DNA from: Oscillospiraceae bacterium
Lineage (GTDB): Bacteria > Bacillota > Clostridia > Oscillospirales > Ruminococcaceae
Assembly: GCA_017472965.1 (NCBI GenBank)
Contig: JAFUNR010000050.1
Coordinates: 22,112-86,111 of the forward strand
Direction of reading: 5' to 3'
Length of the DNA stretch: 64,000 nt
The notes under the pieces are model-generated. The model was not told where the DNA came from. It saw only the letters and a list, made by a program, of their open reading frames with translations, and did no database searches. Positions within the stretch are counted from its first letter, which is position 1. Every line of letters starts with the position of its first letter. Positions 1 to 8,923 of this stretch are shown here, piece by piece. Both the position numbers and the translations under genes were made by a program.

Positions 1-81
1 GTTTTGAAAAGATTTGTTTGCAGTTTGAACAATTTTTTTCAAAAAAGGAGTTGTCCGGCCAAACGGCCTGAAAAAACAGGC

Positions 82-2133
82 TCATCCCAGCAGAGTGTTT
101 TCGGGGATGACATTCAGACTGCTGCTTTTGCTGAAGTAATAGGCGTCAAAAATATCCACCACGGTCTGGGTAAGCCAGTAACCGTTGGCGCAGTTTTCCA
201 CCACGATGGCCACGGCGATCTCGGGGTCCTCGGTGGGGCCGTAGGCGATGATGGTGCCGTTGGTTTTGTTTACCGTTACCTGAGGGGTGCCGGTTTTGGT
301 GGCGATGGTGTAGGGGTAGTTTGCCAGATACAGGCTGGAGGAGCCCTGCAGCGAGGCGGCCACCATGCCCTTTTCCACCGCATCGAATGCGCCGCCCGGA
401 TCGCTCACCTGTCCAAGGATCTCCGGCTCGATCTCGGTGATCCGGCTGTAATCGTAGGTGGTGGTGGCGCCCACAAAATGGGTGCGGTAGCGCACACCGT
501 CGTTGGCCAGTGCAGCCGCCCATGTGGCAAGCTGGATGGGAGTGACAAAGGTGTCCAGCTGGCCGATACCCGCCTGCAGGATATCACCCTCCTGCCAGTC
601 CTCCACGGGCAGACCCGCATCGATCTGGGCGCGGCGGTATGCCGGGCTGGAAAGACTGCCGGTGGATTCGCTGATCTCCACGCCGGTGGGAACACCCAGC
701 CCGAGTGTGGAGGCGGTATCCACGATGGAATCGATACCCACGCGGCGCGCCACATCGTAAAAGAAGCTGTTGCAGCTGGCCATCAGTGCCCGCACAATGT
801 TGATATTGCCGTAGCCGTGGCCGTGCATCAGGCAGCCGGGGGTGTAGGTGGGAGCATAGTACATATAAGTGCCGCCGCAGTACACGGTGCTGTTTTCCAC
901 GATCTCACCGTTCAGCAGACCGGTCAGACCGGTGCAGGTCTTGAAAGCGGAGCCGGGACGGTAGGTGCCGTGCAGCGCCCGGTTGAACAGCGGGTTCAGC
1001 TCATCATTGAGATAGTTGTAATAGTTGGAGGAATACAGATTCAGGTCGTAGCTGGGGTAGGTGCTGCAGGCGAGGATGCCGCCGGTCTTGCAATCGATGA
1101 CCACGGCGGCGGCGCCTTCGGCAGGGCCCAGCTCGGTCTGGGATTTTGAGCCGCCGGCAGAGTACCCTGTGATGGTGGCCACCAGTTTTTCCAGCGAGGC
1201 ATTCAGCTGCTGCTGCAGATAGCTGTCCACCGTCAGCACCAGCGTGTCGCCGGGTACAGGCTCCTTCACTACTGTGGTGGAAAGGATCGCGCCGCCGGAG
1301 CTGCGCAGCGTGTGGCGGGTGCCGTCAGTACCGCGCAGCACATCCTCAAAGGCTTTTTCCAGACCGCTTTTACCGATGATGGCGTTCATGCTGTAGCCGC
1401 GCTGCTTCATCTCGGCGTATTCTTCTTTATAAATAGGGCCCACCGAGCCAAGCACATGGGGCATCAGGCTGCCGTCAGCGTAATGACGGATGGATTCCTC
1501 CAGAATCTCTACACCCACCAACTCCTGACTACGTTCACGGATGGTGGCCACCGTTTTCATGGAAACATCGCTGGCCAGAGTGAACGGGGTCACATTGGAG
1601 TATTCGCGCAGTTCCATCTCGTAACGGATGCCGCACAGAATGCGCTGGGTGGCGGTGTCGTAGTCTTCCAGCTTGTAACGGCGCACCATCTGACTCCACG
1701 CGTTTTCGGCGGTAGCCACACTGGAAAGCTCCAGGGTGTTTTTCAGCTTGCTCACAGCAGCGTCATCGCCGGTAAAACTCCACGGCTCCTGCTTTGAAAG
1801 CGGCATGGAATCGCTCCACTCCTCATCGGCGGCGCTCAGGATCTCCGTCAGCCGGACCAGTGTGTCGTTCAGGTTGTCATCCGGCAGGTACAGCCGGTTG
1901 AGCGACACGGTGTAGCCCACGCGGTTGCCCACGATCACACGGCCGTAGCGATCCACCATTTCACCGCGGGCGGCGGTGATGGCACCGGTGACGGTGACGG
2001 TGGAGCTGGCCTTTTCCAGATATTCCTCACCGTGGACGATCTGCAGGCGCATCAGGCGCACCGCAAAAACCGCCAGAATACACAGCAGCAGGCAGATAAG
2101 GATCACGCTGCGCACAGTAAAGCGTTTGGTCAT
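82..2133 (-). CDS. mrdA: Penicillin-binding protein 2 (elongation-specific transpeptidase). Real start is the internal MTKRFTVRS, not the ORF-track start at 2544.
   Basis: N-terminal TM helix, PBP dimerisation and transpeptidase-like sequence (RGEMVDRYGRVI, SAFK motif in PGSAFKTCT, KTGT near the C-terminus). Lies directly downstream of mreBCD. CAT (ATG) at 2131-2133. Confidence 0.85.
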   Translation of the reverse strand: MTKRFTVRSVILICLLLCILAVFAVRLMRLQIVHGEEYLEKASSTVTVTGAITAARGEMVDRYGRVIVGNRVGYTVSLNRLYLPDDNLNDTLVRLTEILSAADEEWSDSMPLSKQEPWSFTGDDAAVSKLKNTLELSSVATAENAWSQMVRRYKLEDYDTATQRILCGIRYEMELREYSNVTPFTLASDVSMKTVATIRERSQELVGVEILEESIRHYADGSLMPHVLGSVGPIYKEEYAEMKQRGYSMNAIIGKSGLEKAFEDVLRGTDGTRHTLRSSGGAILSTTVVKEPVPGDTLVLTVDSYLQQQLNASLEKLVATITGYSAGGSKSQTELGPAEGAAAVVIDCKTGGILACSTYPSYDLNLYSSNYYNYLNDELNPLFNRALHGTYRPGSAFKTCTGLTGLLNGEIVENSTVYCGGTYMYYAPTYTPGCLMHGHGYGNINIVRALMASCNSFFYDVARRVGIDSIVDTASTLGLGVPTGVEISESTGSLSSPAYRRAQIDAGLPVEDWQEGDILQAGIGQLDTFVTPIQLATWAAALANDGVRYRTHFVGATTTYDYSRITEIEPEILGQVSDPGGAFDAVEKGMVAASLQGSSSLYLANYPYTIATKTGTPQVTVNKTNGTIIAYGPTEDPEIAVAIVVENCANGYWLTQTVVDIFDAYYFSKSSSLNVIPENTLLG

Positions 2134-2147
2134 GGCGGCTCCTTTCG

Positions 2148-2675
2148 TCAGTTTTCCGTGCGGCCGATGCGGTGCATCAGGCTGCACAGCGGGTACAGCG
2201 GCACACAGGCGACCACGGTGTAAACGATGGTGGGGATCAGCGTGCCCACATAATAAATGCCGCTTTGCGGCAGGCTGAACAGCACATAGCTGAACAGAAA
2301 ATCCAGCCCGGTGACAAGAAACAGACAGCCCAGTGTCAGCATACAGGTGTTGAATACGGTGCGGCGCAGCACCAGCTGGGTGATGCTGCTGCAGAAAAAG
2401 CAGCACACCATCATGCAGATGGCAAAAAAGCCGGCGAGCCGGTTGGAGGATACATCCCACAGCAATCCGGCAAACATACCGTACAGGACACTGGGAAAGG
2501 CATCCTCCCACATGGCCAGCACAAGACAGGCGGCGGGCAGCCACAGCGGTCGGATGCCGCCCAGATCAAAGAGCACCCGGTTGGTCTGCAGCATATAGCA
2601 GACCGCCAGCAGCAGGGCATAACACAGCCAGCGTGCGGTAACCAGCAGCCGCCGGCGGTTGATATCATGGGTCAT
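2148..2675 (-). CDS. mreD: Rod shape-determining protein MreD
   Basis: 175-aa polytopic hydrophobic protein immediately after mreC. Position and size are typical of MreD. Confidence 0.75.
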   Translation of the reverse strand: MTHDINRRRLLVTARWLCYALLLAVCYMLQTNRVLFDLGGIRPLWLPAACLVLAMWEDAFPSVLYGMFAGLLWDVSSNRLAGFFAICMMVCCFFCSSITQLVLRRTVFNTCMLTLGCLFLVTGLDFLFSYVLFSLPQSGIYYVGTLIPTIVYTVVACVPLYPLCSLMHRIGRTEN

Positions 2676-2710
2676 GGTCAGAAGACCTTCCTTCCAAAAA
2701 GGGATCGGGG

Positions 2711-3652
2711 TTATTCCTCTTCACCGGCAGGGACTGTCTGCTGCGCGGTATCCTCCGGGACAGTGCCTGCAGATTCCTCTGCGGCAGTATCCTCTGCAGC
2801 GGAGGCGGAGAAAACGGTGTCGGGTTCGTAGTCGGTGATGATGAAAACACTGGTGATGGTTCGCACATCGGCGGCGGGATTGATCACAGCGTACATGCTT
2901 TTTCCGCTGCTCTCCGGCAGCATATCCTCCACCGTGCCCACCACAAGGCCGGAGGGGAACACACCGCCAAGACCGGTGGTCACCACCAGATCGCCGGCGG
3001 CCACACGGGCCTCGCGGGGAAGATAACTCATTTTCAGCCGGGTTTCCTGCGCCAGCATGCTCTCGCCCTCGGCAAGGCCGATATCGCGGGTGCGGCCCAC
3101 GGCAGCGCCCATGCTGACGGCGGGATCCAGCAGCGTCAGCACCTCGGCATAGTTATAGCTTACCGAGGCCACGCGCCCCACCACACCCTCGGGGCTGATC
3201 ACCACATCATCCACCGCAACGCCGTCGCGGCTGCCCCGGTCGATGGTGAAGGAGTAGTATTTTTCCAGCGGGTCACGGCCGATGACAAAGGCCGTGACCA
3301 GCTCGTAATCGCTGTAGGTGTCGCGGATGTTGTAATACGCCCGGAAAAGCTCGTTCTCCGCTTTCATGTCGTCGTAATCCACCATCTCACGGCGCAGCCG
3401 GTTCAGCTCCTCTTTCAGTGCTTCATTTTCTGCCAGCACCTCATCAATGGCGACGGTGCGCTCATACATGGCCTCGATGCCGCCGGAGATCATCCTTCCC
3501 AGCCGCTGAAAGGGCACCAGTGCGGTGGCCAGCAGCTCCTGCGGAGCAGCGCTCCACCGGCCGTTGGCGCCGGCGTAGGCAAGAAATCCGGCCATCAGCA
3601 CCAGCAGAAAGACCAGAACCTTGAATTTGACAGAGGTGAAAAAATTCTTCAT
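2711..3652 (-). CDS. mreC: Rod shape-determining protein MreC
   Basis: N-terminal TM, a coiled-coil (ENEALKEELNRLRRE) and a beta-rich C-terminus (GDLVVTTGLGGVFPSGLVVGTV). Pro/Glu/Ala-rich tail. Confidence 0.85.
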   Translation of the reverse strand: MKNFFTSVKFKVLVFLLVLMAGFLAYAGANGRWSAAPQELLATALVPFQRLGRMISGGIEAMYERTVAIDEVLAENEALKEELNRLRREMVDYDDMKAENELFRAYYNIRDTYSDYELVTAFVIGRDPLEKYYSFTIDRGSRDGVAVDDVVISPEGVVGRVASVSYNYAEVLTLLDPAVSMGAAVGRTRDIGLAEGESMLAQETRLKMSYLPREARVAAGDLVVTTGLGGVFPSGLVVGTVEDMLPESSGKSMYAVINPAADVRTITSVFIITDYEPDTVFSASAAEDTAAEESAGTVPEDTAQQTVPAGEEE

Positions 3653-3749
3653 GGCGTAAGCTCCGGAAGATACAGAATGAGGTCAGGCGATGGAAAATGC
3701 GAAAAACGGACCGCCGGGGTCATCGGCGGTCCGCAGGTGAAGTGCTTGC

Positions 3750-4766
3750 TCAGACGGAACGCTCGGCGTCCGCCACGACTTCGCGCAGCAGCTCCATGTT
3801 GTCCAGCACCGAGCCGGCGCCGGCGGCCACGCAGTCCAGCGGATTTTCCGCCACATGAACGTCAATGCCGGTCTCCTTCTGGATCAGCTGGGAAAGGCCG
3901 CGCAGCAGCGCGCCGCCGCCGGTCAGGGTGATACCGCGGTCGATGATATCGGCAGCCAGCTCGGGCGGGGTCAGCTCCAGCGTCTCCTTGATGGCATCGA
4001 GGATCAGAGAAACGGATTCATCCAGCGCCTCGCGGATCTCCTCGCTGCTGATGGTGATGTTCTTGGGCAGACCATCCACCAGATTGCGGCCCTTGATGTC
4101 CATGGTGGTCTCTTCCTCCATGGGATAGGCGCTGCCGATGTTGATTTTGACCTGCTCGGCGGTACGCTCACCGATCAGCAGGTTGTATTTGCGTTTGATG
4201 AAGGCGATGATGGCAGAATCGAATTCATCGCCGCCGTTGCGGATGCTGCGGGCAGCCACGATGCCGCCCAGAGAGATGACGGCGACCTCGCTGGTGCCGC
4301 CGCCGATATCCACCACCATGTTGCCGGTGGGCTCCTCAATGGGCAGACCGGCGCCGATGGCGGCAGCCATGGGCTCCTCGATGATCATGACGGAACGGGC
4401 GCCGGCATGCTCGGCGGCCTCGCGCACGGCGCGGCGCTCCACCTCGGTAACGCCGGAGGGAATGCAGATGACGATACGGGGGCGGAACAGCACGGCTGCG
4501 CCGCAGGCACGCTTGATAAACAGCTTCAGCATGCTGGTGGTGATGTCGAAGTCGGCGATGACGCCGTCCTTCAGCGGACGGACAGCCACGATGCTGCCGG
4601 GGGTACGGCCGATGACCTGCTTGGCCTCCTGACCGACGCAGCGGACGGTGTCGGTTTTGGTATCCACGGCCACGACGCTGGGCTCACGCATGATGATGCC
4701 CTTGCCGCGCATAAAAACCAGAGTGTTGGCGGTGCCCAGATCGATACCGATATCTTTCGTAAACAT
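3750..4766 (-). CDS. mreB: Actin-like rod shape-determining protein MreB
   Basis: Canonical MreB N-terminus DIGIDLGTANTLV and actin-fold motifs (VVDIGGGTSEVAVISLGG, ITLTGGGALLRGL). Confidence 0.95.
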   Translation of the reverse strand: MFTKDIGIDLGTANTLVFMRGKGIIMREPSVVAVDTKTDTVRCVGQEAKQVIGRTPGSIVAVRPLKDGVIADFDITTSMLKLFIKRACGAAVLFRPRIVICIPSGVTEVERRAVREAAEHAGARSVMIIEEPMAAAIGAGLPIEEPTGNMVVDIGGGTSEVAVISLGGIVAARSIRNGGDEFDSAIIAFIKRKYNLLIGERTAEQVKINIGSAYPMEEETTMDIKGRNLVDGLPKNITISSEEIREALDESVSLILDAIKETLELTPPELAADIIDRGITLTGGGALLRGLSQLIQKETGIDVHVAENPLDCVAAGAGSVLDNMELLREVVADAERSV

Positions 4767-4861
4767 ATTCCTTGTACCTCACGATTCAGGAGGGATCCTT
4801 CCTCGAGGAGATTTTCCCGGGAAAGAGCCTTCTCCGTTGTATTTTTACTTTGTCACCTTAT

Positions 4862-4890
4862 AGTATATCGTATTTACGGTAAATTCTCAA
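4862..4890 (-). promoter_or_regulatory. Candidate sigma-70 promoter for mreB operon (TTGAGA-17 nt-TATACT on the minus strand)
   Basis: Reverse complement reads TTGAGA (4890-4885), a 17-nt spacer, then TATACT (4867-4862). About 95 nt upstream of the mreB start, in an AT-rich intergenic stretch. Confidence 0.45.
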
Positions 4891-4934
4891 CTGATAAATT
4901 GGAAACTTTTATGAAGAATTATTAAGATTTTTCG

Positions 4935-4966
4935 GCAAAAAGACAGGGAAAGCCCCCCGTTTCCCC
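4935..4966 (-). terminator. Candidate intrinsic terminator after maf
   Basis: On the minus strand: GGGAAA-CGGGGGGC-TTTCCC hairpin followed by TGTCTTTTT. Confidence 0.45.
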
Positions 4967-5014
4967 ATAGACAAAGCGGAGTGCGCCGCGCAGGGAAGCA
5001 GCAGAGAAAAAGGC

Positions 5015-5578
5015 TTACAGCGGCCAGTCCAGCGCCAGCAGCATTCTGTATACCGCCTGTACGGGAAAGCCCATCACATTGTAAAAACAGCCGTCGATAC
5101 CGGTGATGTGCTTTGCCGCCCAGCCCTGAATGCCGTACGCACCGGCTTTGTCATAGGGCTCTTCGGTGGCAATATAGGCCTCGATATCCGCAGCCGGAAT
5201 GGGAGCAAAATGCACGGCGGTGGTCACCGTGCACCGCTGTTCCTTTTCGCCGCGGCGGATGCATACGCCGGTATGTACCAGACTGCTTTTGCCGCTGAGC
5301 AGCTGCAGCATCCGGCGCGCATCGGCGGTATCGCGGGGCTTGCCCAGCACTTCGCCGCCGGCCTCGACGACCGTATCGGAGCCGATGACGCAATCCTGCG
5401 GCCACAGCGCGGCGGCAGTGCGGCATTTTTCGGCGGCAAGCCGGCCTGCCAGCGCGGCAGGATTGCTTTCGCAGAAGCCGCTTTCGTCCACATCCACGGT
5501 GCGGACACAGAAATCATGGGTCAGCAGCCCCAGCAGCTCACGGCGGCGGGGCGAAGCGGAAGCGAGGATCAGTGCCAT
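5015..5578 (-). CDS. maf: Maf-like nucleoside triphosphate pyrophosphatase (septum formation protein)
   Basis: LILASASPRRRELL N-terminus and GKP / AYGIQG motifs typical of Maf. Confidence 0.9.
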   Translation of the reverse strand: MALILASASPRRRELLGLLTHDFCVRTVDVDESGFCESNPAALAGRLAAEKCRTAAALWPQDCVIGSDTVVEAGGEVLGKPRDTADARRMLQLLSGKSSLVHTGVCIRRGEKEQRCTVTTAVHFAPIPAADIEAYIATEEPYDKAGAYGIQGWAAKHITGIDGCFYNVMGFPVQAVYRMLLALDWPL

Positions 5579-5602
5579 GGATGTTTTCTCCTTACAGGTG
5601 CA

Positions 5603-5872
5603 TCAGCGGATGCGGGAGTGGTTGTAGATCAGGATGGAAAGCGCGATGGTGAAGATCTGAGCGGTGTACAGACCGAAATTCACGCCGAAGGTCAGCTGAA
5701 GAATGCCCAGATCCAGCACCAGCGGCCGGTCGGCGGAAATGCCGAAGGAAACATAGTAGGAAAGCCAGGAAAGGAAGGGCACGCCCTCGCACAGATTGGC
5801 CAGCAGCGCACCGGTGACGATGCCGCCCAGCAGACAGACAATAAACAGCAGGTTTTTCTTGAATTCGCTCAT
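5603..5872 (-). CDS. Small membrane protein, DUF4321-like. Start at the internal MSEFKK.
   Basis: 89-aa protein with two hydrophobic segments. Its position between the U32 peptidase and maf/mreB matches where I recall DUF4321 genes in Clostridia. The upstream part of the 134-aa ORF overlaps the U32 gene end. Confidence 0.6.
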   Translation of the reverse strand: MSEFKKNLLFIVCLLGGIVTGALLANLCEGVPFLSWLSYYVSFGISADRPLVLDLGILQLTFGVNFGLYTAQIFTIALSILIYNHSRIR

Positions 5873-5954
5873 GGGGGATCCTCCTTGAAAAGCCGCACAG
5901 CCGCAGGAAACCGGCGCGGCGGCAAAAGATAGCGGTGAAGAAACCGGTGCGGCC

Positions 5955-8150
5955 TCAGATGCCGTCCGGTGTGCCGTAATAAAGACCGCGGGTAAAGCGC
6001 CCGTCAAAGGGTGCGCCCGCGCGGAAAAGCTCGGTGACGGCGCGTACGCGCTCGGGGCTTTCCCATGTGAAATACAGCGTCAGCAGATCGCAGTCGCACT
6101 CGTCCTGACGGTCGCCCAGCCACAGCGGGATGGGGTTGAAGATCTCGCGCACGCTGCCGCGGCAGACGACCGGCAGCTGTTCGCCCTTGCGGTCCAGCAA
6201 ACGGCCCCGTTTGGGACAGCTTTCGCAGTCGGTGACATTGTGCAGCGGACAGGCACGGGTCATCATCACCGGCAGCCGGCCGTAGGCCAGCACCGCGGTG
6301 CGCACGCCTTCGGCTTTGAAAAGCGGCAGCGCTGCCAGCGGCAGCTCACAGCTGACGGTTCGGGTGGTAACACCCAGCGCGGCCAGCTCCTGTGCGGCCA
6401 GCGGGTTGAGAAGGTTCATGCTCCAGCCTGCCCAGAGCTCCGGCTTTTCGCCGGCGGCATCCGGTACGCCGCCCAGTGCGCCCAGCAGCTGCAGATGACC
6501 GATGTTTGTCACCTCGAACCGGTTGAAGCCCGCTTTGCGGGCGGCGGCGACGGCGGCGGCAAGTTTATCGCTTGCGCCGAAATTGCCGCGGGGGATCTCC
6601 AGCACCGTTTTGCCCCGCCATTCCTGCGGGATCTCGCCGGCGCTGCGCAGCGGGAACACCATCCGGTGGAAAAGCGCATCCAGTCCCTGCGGCACCTGCC
6701 GGGGGGATTCAAACCGGCCGACCAGCATCCGGCGGCCGTATTCATCCCGCCAGCCGGCGGCGGGGTTCTTCACAGGCTCTCTGCCCACGGGAGCGCACAG
6801 CTCTGCGGGGATCGCCCACGGGCGGTACTCCACCCGGCGGGCGGAGGCGCGCTTTTCGTAAAGGGCATCCAGTGCGGTGCGGCGCAGCTCGTTGATGCGG
6901 GCTAAAGGCAAAAAATGCTCCTGTGCGCCGGTAAGGGCGATGTGCTCCTCTTTGGTGTAAAACGGTGTACCGCCGGTTTTGCACAGGCTCTTTTTCAGCG
7001 CGGCGGGATAGCTTTCGCCCGGGGTGCCCTGTGCGGGGGCGGTATCGTAGGCAGCGGCTTTGTGAACGCCGTCGCTCACCGTCAGCTTTGCACCGTCGGC
7101 ATCCAGCTCCAGTGCCATATCCACGGCGGCGCGGGGCAGGGGACGGCGGTAGTATTCCCGGATGCGGGGTGCGGCGGCACGGGCGGCGGCGGCATCCTCC
7201 GCTGTGCGCATACCGAACATGGCGCCGCTGCGCTTTCCGGTGAAATAGCCGTCGGTAAAACCGCTGCGGGAGAAGATGCTGCGCAGCTCCTCCTCGTCAT
7301 AGGGCTGCCCGTCCCGGGCAAGGCGTGCGGCGTGCACCACGGCGGCCACATATTCCGGGCCGCGCAGGCGGCCTTCGATCTTCACGCTGGCCACGCCCAT
7401 CGCCTCCAGCTCGGGCAGATGTGCCAGCGCGGACATATCCTTCAGGCTCAGATGATTGCAGCCGGTGTTCTGCGCCGTTTTCGCCGGGGGCTTTGCATCC
7501 GTAAAAGCGGCACAGGGCAGACGGCAGGGCTGGGCGCAGCCGCCGCGGTTGCCGCTGCGGCCGCCAAGAAAGGCGCTCATGTAGCACTGGCCGGAAACGC
7601 TCATGCACTGTGCGCCGTGGATAAAGGCCTCGGTCTCGATGCCGCAGACCTGTGTGATATGGGCGATCTCGGCGCCGCTCAGCTCCCGCGCAAGCACCAC
7701 GCGGGAAAAACCGTGGGCGGCGGCGGCCAGTGCGCCGGCGGCATCGCACACCGCCAGCTGGGTGCTGGTGTGCAGCTTCAGCCCGGGGGCACACTGCCTG
7801 ACCAGCCTTGCCACAGCCCAATCCTGCACCAGCACCGCATCCGCACCGGCGGCGCACACCGCCTCCAGCGCACGCTGCACGGCGGGCAGCTCGTCGGCGC
7901 GTACCAGTGTATTCAGGGTCACATGCACATTTACGCCGTGGGCATGGCAAAGCCGCACGGCATCCTTCAGTTCTTCGGGTGTGAAATTACCGGCGCCGCG
8001 GCGGGCGTTGAAGCCCTGCAGCCCCAGATAAACACTGTCCGCCCCTGCCCATACGGCGGCCTCCAGTGTCTGGGGGCTGCCCACCGGGGCAAGGATCTCG
8101 ATGCGTTTTTCGCCGCGCAGCGCGGCGGAATTCTCTGTCTTATTCTGCAC
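5955..8150 (-). CDS. Peptidase U32 family protein (collagenase-like). Start uncertain: GTG at 8150 preferred, GTG at 8192 is the longest ORF.
   Basis: IEILAPVGSPQTLEAAVWAGADSVYLG ... HVTLNTL matches the U32 N-terminal TIM-like region. GAGG lies 5 nt upstream of the GTG at 8150 and overlaps the zapA stop. Confidence 0.8.
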   Translation of the reverse strand: MQNKTENSAALRGEKRIEILAPVGSPQTLEAAVWAGADSVYLGLQGFNARRGAGNFTPEELKDAVRLCHAHGVNVHVTLNTLVRADELPAVQRALEAVCAAGADAVLVQDWAVARLVRQCAPGLKLHTSTQLAVCDAAGALAAAAHGFSRVVLARELSGAEIAHITQVCGIETEAFIHGAQCMSVSGQCYMSAFLGGRSGNRGGCAQPCRLPCAAFTDAKPPAKTAQNTGCNHLSLKDMSALAHLPELEAMGVASVKIEGRLRGPEYVAAVVHAARLARDGQPYDEEELRSIFSRSGFTDGYFTGKRSGAMFGMRTAEDAAAARAAAPRIREYYRRPLPRAAVDMALELDADGAKLTVSDGVHKAAAYDTAPAQGTPGESYPAALKKSLCKTGGTPFYTKEEHIALTGAQEHFLPLARINELRRTALDALYEKRASARRVEYRPWAIPAELCAPVGREPVKNPAAGWRDEYGRRMLVGRFESPRQVPQGLDALFHRMVFPLRSAGEIPQEWRGKTVLEIPRGNFGASDKLAAAVAAARKAGFNRFEVTNIGHLQLLGALGGVPDAAGEKPELWAGWSMNLLNPLAAQELAALGVTTRTVSCELPLAALPLFKAEGVRTAVLAYGRLPVMMTRACPLHNVTDCESCPKRGRLLDRKGEQLPVVCRGSVREIFNPIPLWLGDRQDECDCDLLTLYFTWESPERVRAVTELFRAGAPFDGRFTRGLYYGTPDGI

Positions 8151-8157
8151 GGCGGCC

Positions 8158-8544
8158 TCACATATCCTGTCCGCGCATATAGCCCACCTCACGGCGCAGA
8201 CGGTCGCACTCCATGCGGCTGCGCTCCAGCTGGGCGGTCAGCTCCCGCAGCTCGCGGGCGGCATTCTCGGCGGTGGCCTTGGCGGAAAGGGCATCCTCCA
8301 GATAACCCTTCAGCTGGCTGCGCAGGTTGTCCGCACCGTCGTTGGAGCGGCGCAGCTCATCCAGATAATCCAGCGCGGTCAGCACCGCCGCGCCGGTGAC
8401 GGTGATGCGGTCGCTGGAATCCAGCAGCCCCTGCATCTTGGCATTCAGATCCTTCGCCAGCTCCTCATAATATTCCGGTTCACCCTCCACTGCCAGCAGA
8501 TACGGCGTACCGCAAATTTCAATTTTCACTCTGTTCATCGCCAT
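8158..8544 (-). CDS. zapA: Cell division protein ZapA. Start at MAMNRVKIEI.
   Basis: Small protein with an N-terminal ZapA fold signature (VKIEICGTPYLLAVEG...AKDLNAKM) and a C-terminal coiled-coil. Confidence 0.8.
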   Translation of the reverse strand: MAMNRVKIEICGTPYLLAVEGEPEYYEELAKDLNAKMQGLLDSSDRITVTGAAVLTALDYLDELRRSNDGADNLRSQLKGYLEDALSAKATAENAARELRELTAQLERSRMECDRLRREVGYMRGQDM

Positions 8545-8827
8545 GAAAAAGCACCCCTTTTCCGTATTGTGAAAAGCCGCGTCCGCGCCGGGCGGCGCAG
8601 CTGTGTATCCTGTCCTTCTTATTATAAACGAAACACGGCAAAATGCAAAGCTTTTTTCCCGCATTGTACCGCAAACATTTTCCGGCAGTTTTGCTGCGGA
8701 ATGTGGGAATATGCTTCGGCGGTAGCGTTTTCGGGAACGATTTCAGTGCTTTTGCACGGAAAATTTTGCCGCGAAGCGCCGTTTCTTGCGCGATGGTACG
8801 AAAATACCGGATTTCGCGCATTGGAGG

Positions 8828-8856
8828 TTGAATTTTTTGCGGATTTTTTGTATACT
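8828..8856 (+). promoter_or_regulatory. Candidate sigma-70 promoter for glgP (TTGAAT-17-TATACT)
   Basis: TTGAAT at 8828-8833, a 17-nt spacer, TATACT at 8851-8856. About 68 nt upstream of the glgP ATG. Confidence 0.5.
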
Positions 8857-8923
8857 CTTATTTATGTGAAATTAAAATGGCAGAGCTATCTGTTGAAACC
8901 CCGAAAGGAGCTTTTTTCGATTT